A DNA stretch of 64,000 nt from Dipteris shenzhenensis (lineage: Eukaryota): NCBI GenBank assembly GCA_047967505.1, contig CM106538.1; one strand, given 5' to 3'. Within the stretch, counting starts at the first letter, position 1. Each line of letters begins with the position of its first letter. Under the pieces are notes generated by a model. That model worked only from the letters and a program-made list of their open reading frames with translations, did not search any database and had not been told where the DNA came from. Of this stretch, positions 11,750 through 25,500 are shown piece by piece. The position numbers were made by a program, and so were the translations under genes.

Positions 11750-14060
11750 TGGATGCTTAAAAATACATATTCTATAGTAGGTGCCATACTATTTGTCCTA
11801 TTTCCAAAATCTAGCCTGGCCACATGCCAATCTTTTGCAGTCAAAGGGAAGAGCTTAGACATTTAAAAACTGGTATGTAGCCCAATAGCCAGTCCATAAT
11901 ATTCCAAAATTTTCATGATAAAGTGTGTCCAATGTGTGTTGTATGGAAAGAAGAAATATTCGTCTGCATATGCTTAAGCAGAAAGTGTTTTCCCTATGAA
12001 AGTTGAAGCCCATGTAAATTGCCTTTTGCTTTAACTTTGTCTATGTATAACAATAAAGGATGGGCAGTAATGGCATAAAGTAAAGCATTGAGAGGGCATC
12101 CTTGCCTAACTAATCTACCCAACATCCAAGGGCAAAGAGATCACTACCAACCATGCAATGAGCACTACTGTTTTGATATAACCAAAAGCTAGCATTGCAC
12201 ATTCTTGAACCAAAACCCATTCTTTGTAGTACCTGAGCAATGAAATCCCATTCCACAATATCAAAATCCTTAGCAATATCAACCTGCATAATTAGCATGT
12301 CTTGATTTGTATATTTGGCATATTCAATGCCTATGTATTCATTGGCAATATTGTCATCTGCCTTCATGGCACACAACCATACTGAGATGGATGCAATCCT
12401 GCATGAAGAGCCCCTTTCAATCAATTAACTAACATTTTCGTTATGAGCTTGTATATAATAGGCATCAAAGTGATAGGTCTCCAATCTGACATGGTTTCAC
12501 GCATTTGTTTTTTTAAGACCAACTTTACTAGTCTCTTTTTCCATGAGCGAGGGAGAAGATGGATCTCCCAACAATGATTAACCATTTGAAAGATTAGACG
12601 GTTGAGTTGACTCTAATATGCATGAAAGAATTCCACTATAAGCTAGTCCCATCTTGAGGATTTTGATGCACCCAAAGAATTCAAGGTATAATCAAGCTCA
12701 CTCTAAAGAAAAGGAATATCCATATTAAGAGCATCTTGAGGAAGCACTATAGACATGACCGTATGCGAAAAAAGATTCTTGGCTTCAATTTGAGAGGGAG
12801 TAGGTGGCAATGGTGCTATAAAAAGTTGGCTAAAATGGGTCAAGCATTTTGTTTCAAGTTCAAATGTATCTATTATCCAAGTTCTATCCAATCTTTTAAC
12901 TCGAGCAATGCATTTCTTTTGTCTAGAAGTGTGCAAACTTTTAAAGAAGCTTTTGTATGAGAAACCCTTGTCCTCAAAAGTTTTTTGTCTTGCAGAAATT
13001 TTCCATTTCAAAATCTTCCACTGGTCATTTTAGCTTATGCAGATCCTGGCTGCAAAAAAATCAAGCATTTTAGCATTTTGCAATAGCCAAAGCTAACACA
13101 ATTCTGAGTAATCTTGCATTTTCTATTTTGCAATTGCACCATTTTGCCTTTTATCCCCTATATATTGGCGCCCATACTACTTGATGAAATACAACATCCT
13201 TGTGGAAAAATACTGCCAAGCTACATCCATATCTTCATTGGTTGAATCACATGCTTTACCATTTCTATAAACTGCCACTGGTGGGGCTAAATCACACGCT
13301 TCGCCATTTCTCTAAACTGTCAATGTTCTGAATAACTTTTATTCACAATAAGAAGTCTTTGCATGGGTACCAAAATAGAGACCTATCCAAAGTGGTGAGT
13401 GATATGAAAGCACAAGCACCAACATGTTGCATGTGAAATCATTAGTAAAGTATACATGAATCAAGTACCACCTATCCAGTTGGCCCTAGTATTGAGAGTG
13501 TGTATTGTGATGAAACAAAAATGCTTTATTGGAGGGTTTTCAAAAAACCTAGAGATTAGAATCATGCAGATCTGAAGCCATGTAGCCTAGGAAGAGCATT
13601 CAATGGTGGGCATACTAGGTCGATTTGTTGTGTTGTCTTCAAAATTCATAGCATTATTAAAATCTCCACAAATGAGAGCATTTCCATGCCATGGATAAGT
13701 AGCAATCTCTAACCATAGACCTTGTCTAAGGGAAAGGTTCTAAAGGGCATAAATAGCTACGAATTCATATACTTCTCCATGAACCAAGCATTGTATTACT
13801 AATCATTTGCCACTTCGATGATTGAAGGCAAGATAGAAATTGAGATCCTATTTGCACAATAGCAATGTGCCAGCATAACTATCACATTTAGAAGAAAAAA
13901 AGTATGAACTTGCAAAATCTCCATATTCTCCAACAAGCACGTGTTATTATGCTCCTGCATGCAAACAATATGTGGTCGTGTTTTATAAACATAATTCTAA
14001 AATAGCCTCCATTTTTTTGGTCACACGGATGCCCTGTACATTATAAGAGACACCCTTTAG
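11750..14060 (-). mobile_element. L1-type LINE ORF2 remnant (AP endonuclease plus RT), degenerate
   Basis: The minus strand gives SYNVQG..CMQEH (APE start ~14050), DWRPITLM, VDIAKDFDIVEWDFI..L..MGFG, RQGCPL and AYAD (~11970). Confidence 0.85.
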
Positions 14061-15181
14061 TGGTATATACATGAGAGAAAATTATGTGAGGGAAAAAAAC
14101 AAAGGCAAATCAACAAGCTTCATGGGCCTTAACATCAATGCTATTAGCCATATCATTTTGAAGATGCGTAGAAGCAGCTATACTGTGTTTGTCTTTCACA
14201 ATGTTATTCCAAAGGGCACCAACCATAGTAACATCACAAAAGGAAGGATACACACACACAATTTTCTCAGTAAAAATTTTTCTTACAAGCAACCCTCCCT
14301 TCCCCCCTTTTCTTTTCCACTTTCTTATCTTTGCAAACCCCCCCTAACTTGGTTCTTCCCCTATTTTAACTCTACCCTAGCCAATAAAAAATCCCCGCCA
14401 TACCCCTTTTTTTAAATTAGATGACTTGGTTCTTCCCCCATTTTAACTCTACCCTAACCAATCCCTAGTCAATAAAAAATCCTCGCCATACCCCTTTTTT
14501 TAATTTAGATGATGTAATTCTTTATGGTTCATTAATATGGTTTTTTAAAGCATCTTATTTCTTCTTCTTTAAAACCCTTGTTATGTCTTTCCCCCTCCCT
14601 CCTAGCTACACCCTATAATTTCTAAATGTTTATTGACAGGATATATATATAAGCAACCCCCTTACTATACCCCTCCCTTTTTATAAAGTTACCATAACCT
14701 ACACCTCAATCCCAAACCCTGTGTTTCCCCTAACAAGTCCCTAACCTTGATTGCCTTCGAACCACTCCCTAACTCACTATTCACTTGTCTTACTCTATAC
14801 CTAGGTATTTTGTTCTTTATTCCCACCCACCTTTCTCAACTTTATAGGTCGTGTTCCCTCCATGGAGAGCTTTCTCAACTTTTGGTCTACGAGTGTGATC
14901 ACCCCAATCGTAGATATGTGGCAAGGTTTATGGGTTGAGGTTTTTGCCTAGTTTGTTGGGCTTCTTAAGCCATTTGCAATGAATTGGTTAGGAGATCTTT
15001 TGTTTTTGCCGGTTCGACTATGCTAGTAGAGCCATGGAGCCCCTCATTTTGGATTTATAAAAATAACCCTTGATTATATTGGTCCCCCCTCCCTTTTAGC
15101 TACACCCTCTAGTCTTCGAGTAGTTATTGGCAATATACATATATATATATCTTATACATATAGCTTTATGTATATTTAAAG

Positions 15182-15216
<35 letters not shown>

Positions 15217-15669
15217 CACACACACACACACACACACATGCACACACTCACATGCATAACCCCCGTAATTCTTATTCAAGGAGGAAACTCTTTCTTATCT
15301 TTTTGTGCTTTAGAGTTACCCAAAATCCCCCTAGACTTACTTAATTTTCTTTCTTATTCCTTTACTAAATTAATTATTGCATTTTTAATTGAACTTAAGC
15401 ATTTATTTAAATTATCCTAAATCTTCAATAGACTGGAAATTTTATATCCCCCTCCCTCTTTTATTACCCTAAATATTTTTATCAACTTTTTCCACACTTT
15501 TTTTCATAAGAGTTATATTATACAAAGAGGTGCGATAACTACAAGAACCCTGCTATCTTCAGATTTTTTTCTTCTTTTGATAAAAACATATTTCCCCCCT
15601 CTACTCTCATATACACAAACACACAATGTTTTCTCTACCTGACTAGTATACATTTCTAATCAACCACCA

Positions 15670-16208
<539 letters not shown>

Positions 16209-19200
16209 TCCCACCGACCGCATTCCCGCAGGTCCAACACACAATCCAAGTAAGGGCAGCAATCTGCCCATCACAATGGATTGGGTTGGACTACTACCCG
16301 AGATAAGATCACATCATTTGTAAGCAATAAACATTAATATTACATTCTAAATGGAACCCATAGTCCCTTGCCATTGTTGTTGGTATGAACGGGTCCTCAA
16401 ATTATCATTAAAAGTAAAAGGAGTGTCTGATCTCTCCAACCAGTCGAAGGAAGATACAAAATTTCTAGTAATGGGCCAAAAAGGCTCCAATAGTAAGGGT
16501 ATAAGAGTGTTAAGGGTCAGGGACATCCATCACAAACCATGTGAAGGTCCCTTGGCCGATTGGTCAAGGCCATGAGTAGGGATGACTTCAAATGGTCCCT
16601 TTGAATATCACTTGCTCCCATTGAACAATGTCATGATATTCTGCTATGCTAGTGAGGGGGGGGGACAGAAGTGGATCCTCGTAGCCAAGTCTGGCGAGGT
16701 CCTGAGACCAAGAAAGGACCTACAATAGATGATGTAAATCCAACAAGTTAGGATCTTTGAAATCCAAGCGAACTTGCATCGGTGTGTGTTACCTATTATT
16801 TCAATGAATCTAAATCTCTAGTAATCCATGCTCTTAGTCAACGCTTTTAAAGGCCCCTGGCAACCATTGCTTTATCAAGACTATGTTCACATTTACGTTA
16901 GTGCTAAAGGATGCAGTAGAGTCTAGAGATAATCCTCAAGAAACGAGAAATCCATTTAATTACTCTAGCTAAATTTCAATTCGTGAATCCAAGAGAATAA
17001 TGTTTTGTCAATTATTCCAATGGTAAAATCCATAAGACAATTTCCAAATTAAGAAAGTTGCAAGGTAGTTCACTTTCAAGTACTCAAATTACAAACACAT
17101 ATAATTATGTAAGCGTGCATAACAGGGTCGAGAGCACTATATCTCTCTCTCAAGTGTATTCTTCAAGGTTGCCAACATCTTCTTCTGCAATATCATGCCC
17201 AAGACTCTACTTGCAAATCCAACAGAGAGGTGTGCCAACTCACCTGCATCCATCCACAAGCACATCATGTCAGAACATGAATACAATGCACTGTGGGACT
17301 GTAGGCTTCAATGCCAGCACACAGTTGTTATCCATGTCAATCTATCTAGACTAGCAATATCAAATCTTGGCATTCTAGTATTCGAAAAAGATCGGAGGTT
17401 GGCATTTAAAGAGTTAAAGAAATGCTTATAGAATGTTAAAGAAATTCTCAAGGGGATATATGGAATAATCACAGGCCCTATTGTCCTTTATATTCGATTC
17501 TTATCCAATCATAATGTTGAATCATCTTAGACCTACAAACAAGAACCCTGAAAAACTGATGCATAGAAACTTGCATATAGAACACAAGGGTAAATCCTGT
17601 CTTGACTCAGCTCATATCCAAGACAATTCCATGTTTCACCAACCAATCATATCCATGAAGTTCTAAAGGGAAGCCCAATGGTAGATGAATCCAAATGGGC
17701 TCAATGAGACCCCACAAGCATGGAATCAAGTCAAGATTAGCATTAATCAAATCTTGGGATTCTCATACTCCAAAGGAAGAAATCAATGCCAAGTCTAAGG
17801 AAAGTAATGAAAATAGATCTTACATACAAGTACCTGATACCAGATTCCAATATGGAGGGTCTTTAGAAACCGAGACCATCCTAAGGGTAACATATTACCC
17901 ATGGAAATTTACCTTAAATTTCAAGTTAGCACCCCATGATAAATACACAAGAAATGAGGGCCTTTTCCATTCTAATACTCTAATGGTAATACAATAGTTG
18001 GATCCAAAAAGTTAAAGAAATGCTATAAATCGCTAGAGACATTTCCAAGTGGATTTTTGGAAACCCAAAAATAGGCAGTCTTAGTCCATTTAACAAAGGG
18101 AATGCCATTGCTATTTAATGAAAAGATCCTAAAGAAAGAATTAGTAAACTTGAGTCAACAAAGTATTCTTCTAACTGTATGTACTTGGAGTGGTGGTAAT
18201 AGCCCCATGCTATAAAAATAAGGGGTCATAAGGTCCCAATTGTTCCCTAGCTATGCCAAGAACTATTAAGTGGCTATCGTCAATATATATGAAAGTAATC
18301 CTATGAGTATTTCCAAGTTTGAGACTATTAAAAATGGAAAATCTTTTCCAATTAGATCCCATAAATCATTCAATGGAAATTCATTATTAGTTCACAAATA
18401 GCAAACAAAACAGACCTTTTAGAAAGTCTAAATAACATTTAAACCAAGGCTAGAAGTATATACATATATATACGAGTATATGTGCCAAGGCTAATGAGAT
18501 ATATATACATCCAAGTATATAAGCCATTGTCTTTTAACATATCTATGCCATGGGCTTAAAATTTCTATTGTAATAGACTTAGGACTTTGTACTAACAAGT
18601 TTTCAAGTTTCTTCTCAAGATATCCGAATACACAAGGTGAAACTAGGTCGAGGAAGTGTAAGGTGACAAAAGTCAAAATCCTAATGATATAGATGTAGTT
18701 TGGACTCACAAAAGGTAGGCTCACAGTCATGAGCCAGTTATAGCATTGACTCTAGTAAAAGCAGCACTACTGGCTCTACTGGCTATAGTAGAATCCATGA
18801 TTTCCAATGTTAACAGTCTAAAGAGAGACAGATAGAAAAGTATCAGACATCAATCTGCTACAGCATAAGCACGTAGCTCCATATATAGCATGCAATGCAA
18901 AATACAGAGACGAAAGGAAAGTAGGTGGGAGAAATCCATAATGACCGCGTAGCCAACCAAATACAATGGCCAAAGTTACGTTGAAGAATTCGCAGCTCAG
19001 GCACCCGACACCAGGGTTCCATGACCTTGTAGCAAGGGGGAGCAGGAGTCTATTCTTCACCAATCATCTGAGTAATGCGTGTCTTCAAGCTACGAGCATG
19101 AGCTGTCGCTTGCATAGGGCTTTGTAGTATGACTATGAACATGCGCCATCACCTGTGCATGGTGATTATATGCTTAAGTAGTGTGATTATATGCGAGTGG

Positions 19201-19924
19201 TTTTCCTCCTGGGAAGATATTTACAAGCCTCCAAAGGTGTATGAGGGGTAGGAAGTCAGTAGCTCTCAAGGGGCCGTCATTCTTCTTGAATTTGAACTTG
19301 AAGATTAGAGCATTCAAAGTGTGCTAGAGGATTAGGATGCCAATCATGGTCCAACCAAAAGCCTAAAGCCTACACACTGGGCTACAAGTGCCTTGCTGCT
19401 CCATGCAAAAAACTCTCTGTAACGGCGACCAAAATCCACCACAACCACCATGTTACTACCAAAATCAAAAAGATACATAATAGCGGTGAGGGCGATGCAA
19501 GCTGCTATCCAGAGAGGCATTAAGTGGAGTATCTACGAGTAGTCCCGAGCATTCTTGACAATGGCAAAGCTCAGAGTTCTGTCTATGTAGTCTGAGAGTT
19601 CCCTTGTTTTGTTGGAAAATGGGTCCTTGGTAATGCAATGCTAGAGCTGTGAAGGAGATGAAGAACACGCTTGCTACAAAAATCCATTGGCTGAATACAA
19701 ATCTTCGATACCTGGTTGGGTTCCTTCAAATGAGAGGGAGACTGAGGGGATCTCCTTCATCTTCTTCACGTTTTTGCTACTGTCTCGCCATGCAAATGCC
19801 CTCCCACGATGGCTTTGTGTAAGTCCATCTACTTAGTCCTTCAAATGCTCTATTTTTCTTCTCTAGAGCAAAAGAGAGATGTTTTCCCTCCTATGCTTGA
19901 GGGAAGAGAGTACTCTATCCACAG

Positions 19925-20348
19925 CACTTAATTGGCCACTCATTGGCCATCTTCCCCATTACTACATTACCGGCCCAAAAACATGGTGCTCCAATGGTAC
20001 TCATCCACTTCATGGTCCATTATCCCGTTAACCACATTTTCTATTGCTACTAGGGGCCATTATCCCTTTTTAGTGGGCAAGGTGGTCCTTGCGCTAAACA
20101 TGTGCCATATGTATAAAGGTTCATTCTCTCATGAACTCCTTTCTAAAACATATGATGGTCCTTTCAATATGTGGCCACCAATTAGATAAGCATAGAAGTA
20201 TCAAGTCTAGGAATTATCATAAGAGACATCGATATAGGTGTATGCGATAATCAAAAGCCTAAGAGACTCCTTGCTCATCCCAATGTGGGGAGCCATAGTA
20301 ATGCTCTCGACATGTACACCTTGGGGTCACATGGGTCCCCAAGGGGAG

Positions 20349-20383
<35 letters not shown>
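19925..20383. repeat. Direct repeat copy B (~426 bp) plus (GT)n
   Basis: Same start and end as copy A; both give the near-identical MATHWPSSPLL... ORF in the track. Confidence 0.95.
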
Positions 20384-20387
<4 letters not shown>

Positions 20388-22503
20388 AAAAATAAAACCT
20401 TTTAAAGACACAGCACACGATGCTCAAATAAGGGTGGATAATAGATTTCTCATCTAGTGGGTAAACATAAAATATGTATCCAAAAAGTGTTGAATCTGTC
20501 GGGTAGTCCAGGCTCCAAGCTTCGGGTCCATTCACCAAAAAGAACCGGATGTTATGACTTCCCTAACTTTCCTTGCATTTTGCTTTTTGATACAAAAATG
20601 GTCTGATTCTATTCTCTTGTCCATTTGTTTCTCTTTTCTTCCGTCCATCCTCCAATATTTTAGAAATAAAGGCCATTTTGATAGGGTCTTTGTATGCAGA
20701 CATCCTAGGAGTCTTATGGAATTTGTTTGAGTTTGTCCCTAGAATATCCTTTGAATCCACCTTGGTACGTATACAGAAGTGTTGAATCCATCAGGTAGTC
20801 CAAGCTCCAAGGTTAGGGTCCACTTACTTGCCACCATCCGAGAAAAACGAGGTGTTAGAACATCATCGTTTCAAATGGGTAGACAGGTAATGCCTATATC
20901 CCCAGGCATGTTATTGCTTTACCTAGGAACATAGACAACCATCTAGATTCACAAGTACTTGAAAAAATGGGTTTATGTTGGCAATTACTAGAAAAAAAGG
21001 AGGGTTAGTCCATGCCCTAACCAAAGACAATGGGCTGGTACGCCAAGCATAATGATCCCACATAAGATAATTTAATTAATCAAGCATCAATTGTTTAAGT
21101 CAAATATTTTTTGTTGAACAGTGTGTAGGATTAAGGGCTATAGGGAAACATTAACAAAAGCCTTTGTAAAGTTGGCTTTCCCAAGGAAGTCCTCTCATGG
21201 GTCCGAAGAAAAAAGGTAAATGATAGAATCGTGGGCTATATAATCTAGCTAAACTTAAGAAAAGAAGCAAAGTTTAATATATGTGAAAATCTATACTCAA
21301 GTAAGAGAGTTAATAGTTTCCTACAAGAACATAGACACAAGCAAAATATATATAGTATAGGAAGTTTGAGAAGGTAGGTTAGACAATGACCACCTTAAAT
21401 TAGTTCGAATCAAGCAAAAGGAAAATCATGTAAACTAAGTATAGAAGCAAAAAAAGATATACATAGCTTACCAATAAATCTCATAATTAAAGAGCCCCCT
21501 ATAACAAATCAAGAAATTAAATTTTAAAGAAGGCACTTTGAAATTTATGTGTTAGTTCAAAAAAAGATAAGGGGATAACAATTCAGTTACCAAAGGGACA
21601 ACATTATGAAAGTTACTTATGTAGGAGCCACGTGTATATATAGAGGTATTAAATAATTTTAGCATATATATATATAAGTAGAAGGCACCATACTACTAGC
21701 TTAAGCAAAAAGATCATCTACATTATAAATGACGTTTTTTAATGAACAATAATGACCTACTTTGTAAGAGCATAAAACTAAATCAATGTCCATATGAAGG
21801 TGAGAAAAATACTACGTGAATTAATAGCTAAGATTATATCTAGCACTATAGCAAGCAAGCCCACATAGAGCCGTAGAGAGTAGTGATGTAGAGAAGTGAA
21901 GGCTCATACGTGAGGCTAGTCAAGTTGTACATACAAAAACTTACCTTCAAATCCAACTTGGCTATTATGGTCTTGCAAAGCATGTGGAAGATGAAGGTGC
22001 AACAGTGCCGGAGGCCATCCTTATGTGCGGAAGTAGAACATGGAGCTTGATGTTTGTGCAGCTCAACACCCAAAGTACATCACAGAGGAAGCTATGGCAC
22101 ATGCAACTGCAGCAGCAGATGAGGGAGGGCCATGGTTGACTAGGGCTCTTAACTAGGGGTCACTGGTCTACCCTATGCAGAGTTTCTAGGGAGCACTAAA
22201 GAGATCCACATGAGAGAGCTTCGTAGTCCTAGATAGTGCGCAGTCCGAAGGAGGTGGCTAAGGTGGCTATCTCAGTGACTACGGATGGAAGAGCGAGTCT
22301 CAAAGCAACGGAGACTATTACGGGTCTAGAGCGCAGCGATCGAGAGTAAGTCCACCAGGAGGTACTGCGCAAAGTACTCAGTGGGCTAGGCATAGCTTAG
22401 GAGTCCCTTAAATAGGCTAGGGATCTCGAGTCGGGGCCAATGGGTTGGGATATCTAGTCAAGGAGAGTAGAGTCAGTCAGTCGATTTTTTGGGAGGGTGT
22501 TTT

Positions 22504-25500
22504 TGTTAGATATCAATGCTCCACTCTCATGTAACTATGCGGGAACCAATTAACTCTACTTGTAAGCCCCCCATATAAGGAGAAGGCGTTTGAGTAGCTC
22601 GGTTATCTGGTAGGTCCTGGTTTGGACACCAGATGGGGGCCATGTGTGGCCTGATGGCTGGACGGCTTCAGATGGAGTTGGCACACTGCCAATTAGGCTA
22701 CATGCAAGTGCGGGAAGGCATCCCATGACTGACAGCACTGAGGGTAGATGGAGCATTTCTCGAGGCAGCCCACTCTCAGGTTGCGGGGCCCGTTTGGAGC
22801 CCTAAATGGTCTCAGAATAGCAACCATAGGTTAGTTGCTCTATTCTCTACCACGATTCTATCGTGCAGTCGGTGGCCTATTTCGAGACCAACCCCCAGTC
22901 AACCGTTTTGGGTGGACTGGGTCGGTCACCCAATTGAGTCTAACTGACCACGAGTGGTGGCTATATAAGAGCAAGCCCATGAAGCCCATCATCATCACTG
23001 GCTACAGCAACCCTGATTCCTTAGCATCCAGCCTCCATCCTCTACTGTTTCCAACATGCCATCGAAGCTTCTCACACAGGAGCGCACAGTTGGGAGGCAA
23101 CGCCATCTATTGTGTTAGTTTTACAGTAATCAAATTTTTTATTCTCCATACTATCTACTTTTCTCTCTTGCATACGAGATCCTATTATCTGTTGAGCACA
23201 GACATTGTATTGTTTTCTTACATGGTATCAGAACTTGGGCTCTAGCAAGAAGATTTGGTAGTGTGTTTTTGTTTACGAGCAGATTGTGAGAGATGGCCCA
23301 ACCAGCAAGATTGTGAATCCCACTATTCGGCGAAAGCGAAAAGTTGGACGGCACTAACTATCCACTCTAGAAGTTCAAGATGAAGACCATCCTAAGCGTA
23401 TACGAGCTTTGGGATACTGCTACTAGGGTGGACATGAAGCCAGTCACGAGAACGGATCCAGCCAATGCAGGACAACAGATAGTACCAACTGCGAATGAGA
23501 TTCTCGTGTGGACAAGAAGAAATGCATATGCATTGTGTTCTATTGTTTGCAGTGTAAGTGACTCTGTCATGGCGTTAATTCAACATGTCACTACAGCGGA
23601 GGAGGCATGGACGGTCTTGAAAAATTCAGTACGAGACTACGAATCAGACACGGATTCAGAATTTGGAGGCTCAACTTGTGAACGAGAAACTATCTGAGTC
23701 TGAAATGGCAGAGAAGTTCATCACCAGGGTGAAGAATCTACACGATCAGATGACTACAATTGGCATCACCATCACCAGCAAGAATCTAGCACAAAGGTGC
23801 ATACGGATTCTCCCACCAAAGTATGACAGTCTTGTTACGACGTTGAATATGCAGAACAAGAATCTGCCCCTGAACTTTGAGGATTTCAGTACAATTGTTC
23901 GATGTTCTTTATGTGCCAGATATCAAGAGGAACTTGTTGTCCATTTCTGCGATCACGGATCGGGACCTCAAAGTTCACTTTGATAAGAATGGCACACAGA
24001 TTTTGGATCTTCAAGGGAAGGTCATTGATAAAGGTACACGGTGCAACAACATTTATGAACTCTCGACTTTCAGTGCTCGAGCCGATGTGAGCAACACTAA
24101 GCTGTGGCATGAGAGGTTTGGTCATCTAAACCTAAGTTCTTTAAACGAGATGCATAAAAGTGGAATGATTGCAGACCTACCAGAAATGATCTGCCCTATG
24201 TATGTGAAGCTTGCATGATGGGCAAGCAGCATCAGCAGCCCTTTCCTAAAGAGGCCAGCAGGGCAAAGGCTCCTCTAGAACTCGTTCAATGGACCTCTAT
24301 GAAAAGATGGAGACGGAAGCTTTGGGTGGTTCCTACTACTTCATGATGCTAATCGATGACTACAATAGAAGGCTATGGATATACTTCCTAAAGACTAAAG
24401 ATGAGGCTTTTAGTAAGTTCAAAGAATGGCATGTAATGGTCGAGAAAGAAATAGGGAAAAAGGTAAAGAAGTTGAGATCAGACAGAGGTGGTGAGTTCAT
24501 ATCAAGGGAATTCAAAAGTTACTGCAAAAGTCATGGGATCAAGAGGCAGAAACCTCCACCATATACATCATAGAAAAATGGAGTAGTAGAGCACAAGATG
24601 CATGTCATCTGTGAAAAAGGGCAAGAGTATGATGAAAGGGAAAGATTTGCCAAAGACTTTCTGGGCTGAAACATGTAACACGGTAGTTTACATTCTGAAT
24701 TGTAGCTACACGAAGGCTGTGAACGGGATGACTCCACTACATGCCTTTCTGGTAAGAAACCTTCAGCTGCACATTTTAGAGTTTTTGGATGTGACTATTT
24801 TGCGCATGTCCCTAATGCCAAAAGGACCAAATGGGAACCGAAGAGCCAGAAGTGTATTTTCTTGGGCTATAGTGAAGAGGCAAAGGGTTACTATCTCTAT
24901 AATCCTATTACCAAGAAGGTAATAGTAAGTTGCGATGTGGTCTTCTTAGAATAGCCGCATCAACTGGAGGAGGATGCTTCCTTCCCAGACAACCAGGACC
25001 AGGATATCCATCCAGTACAACCACCAACAGTAGACCGACCTCCCCCAACAATGCTTGGGAGGATTCAAGATAAAGAAGAGGAAGAAAAGCCTACTGAACC
25101 ACAATAGCAATGGCCATTCCTGAAGTGAATAAAGCAGCTTTTGGACGGTAGAGAACCTCCAGCCATTGAGGAGGAACCATCCAAACACCACCAGTCCAAG
25201 AGATTAGAGGAGCAAAGAAGGATGCAAGAACACTTGGTCAACTACACTTTGATGACAGAGGTGATTCGTTTTGATGAACCCGTGTCTTAAAGAGGTACAG
25301 GGTGATGATAGGTGGATGGAGGCTATGCAGTCGAAGTATGGCACCATAATGAAGAACAAGACTTGGGACCTTGTGGATCGACCATGAAAATGCAAGGTAA
25401 TCGGCACCAAGTGGGTGTACAAGACCAAGTACAAGTCCAATGGCATGTTGGATAAGTACAAGGCTCAGCTCATGGCGAAAGGATTTGGACAGGTACATGG

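Noticed and set aside
16760-16792. HTDASSLGF suggesting a DIRS or caulimovirid RNase H
   Set aside because: Isolated motif; no tyrosine recombinase and no clean downstream RNase H motifs.
18276-18290. YIDD motif suggesting a Penelope-like RT
   Set aside because: No convincing flanking RT motifs at the expected spacing; probably chance.
18800-19640. Further short matches to HBV core, surface and RT (VVDF, LLVG, SSNSR, GVG.LS)
   Set aside because: The same stretch could be fitted to several different HBV proteins, which signals over-matching by eye. This also lowers confidence in the hepadna-like finding.
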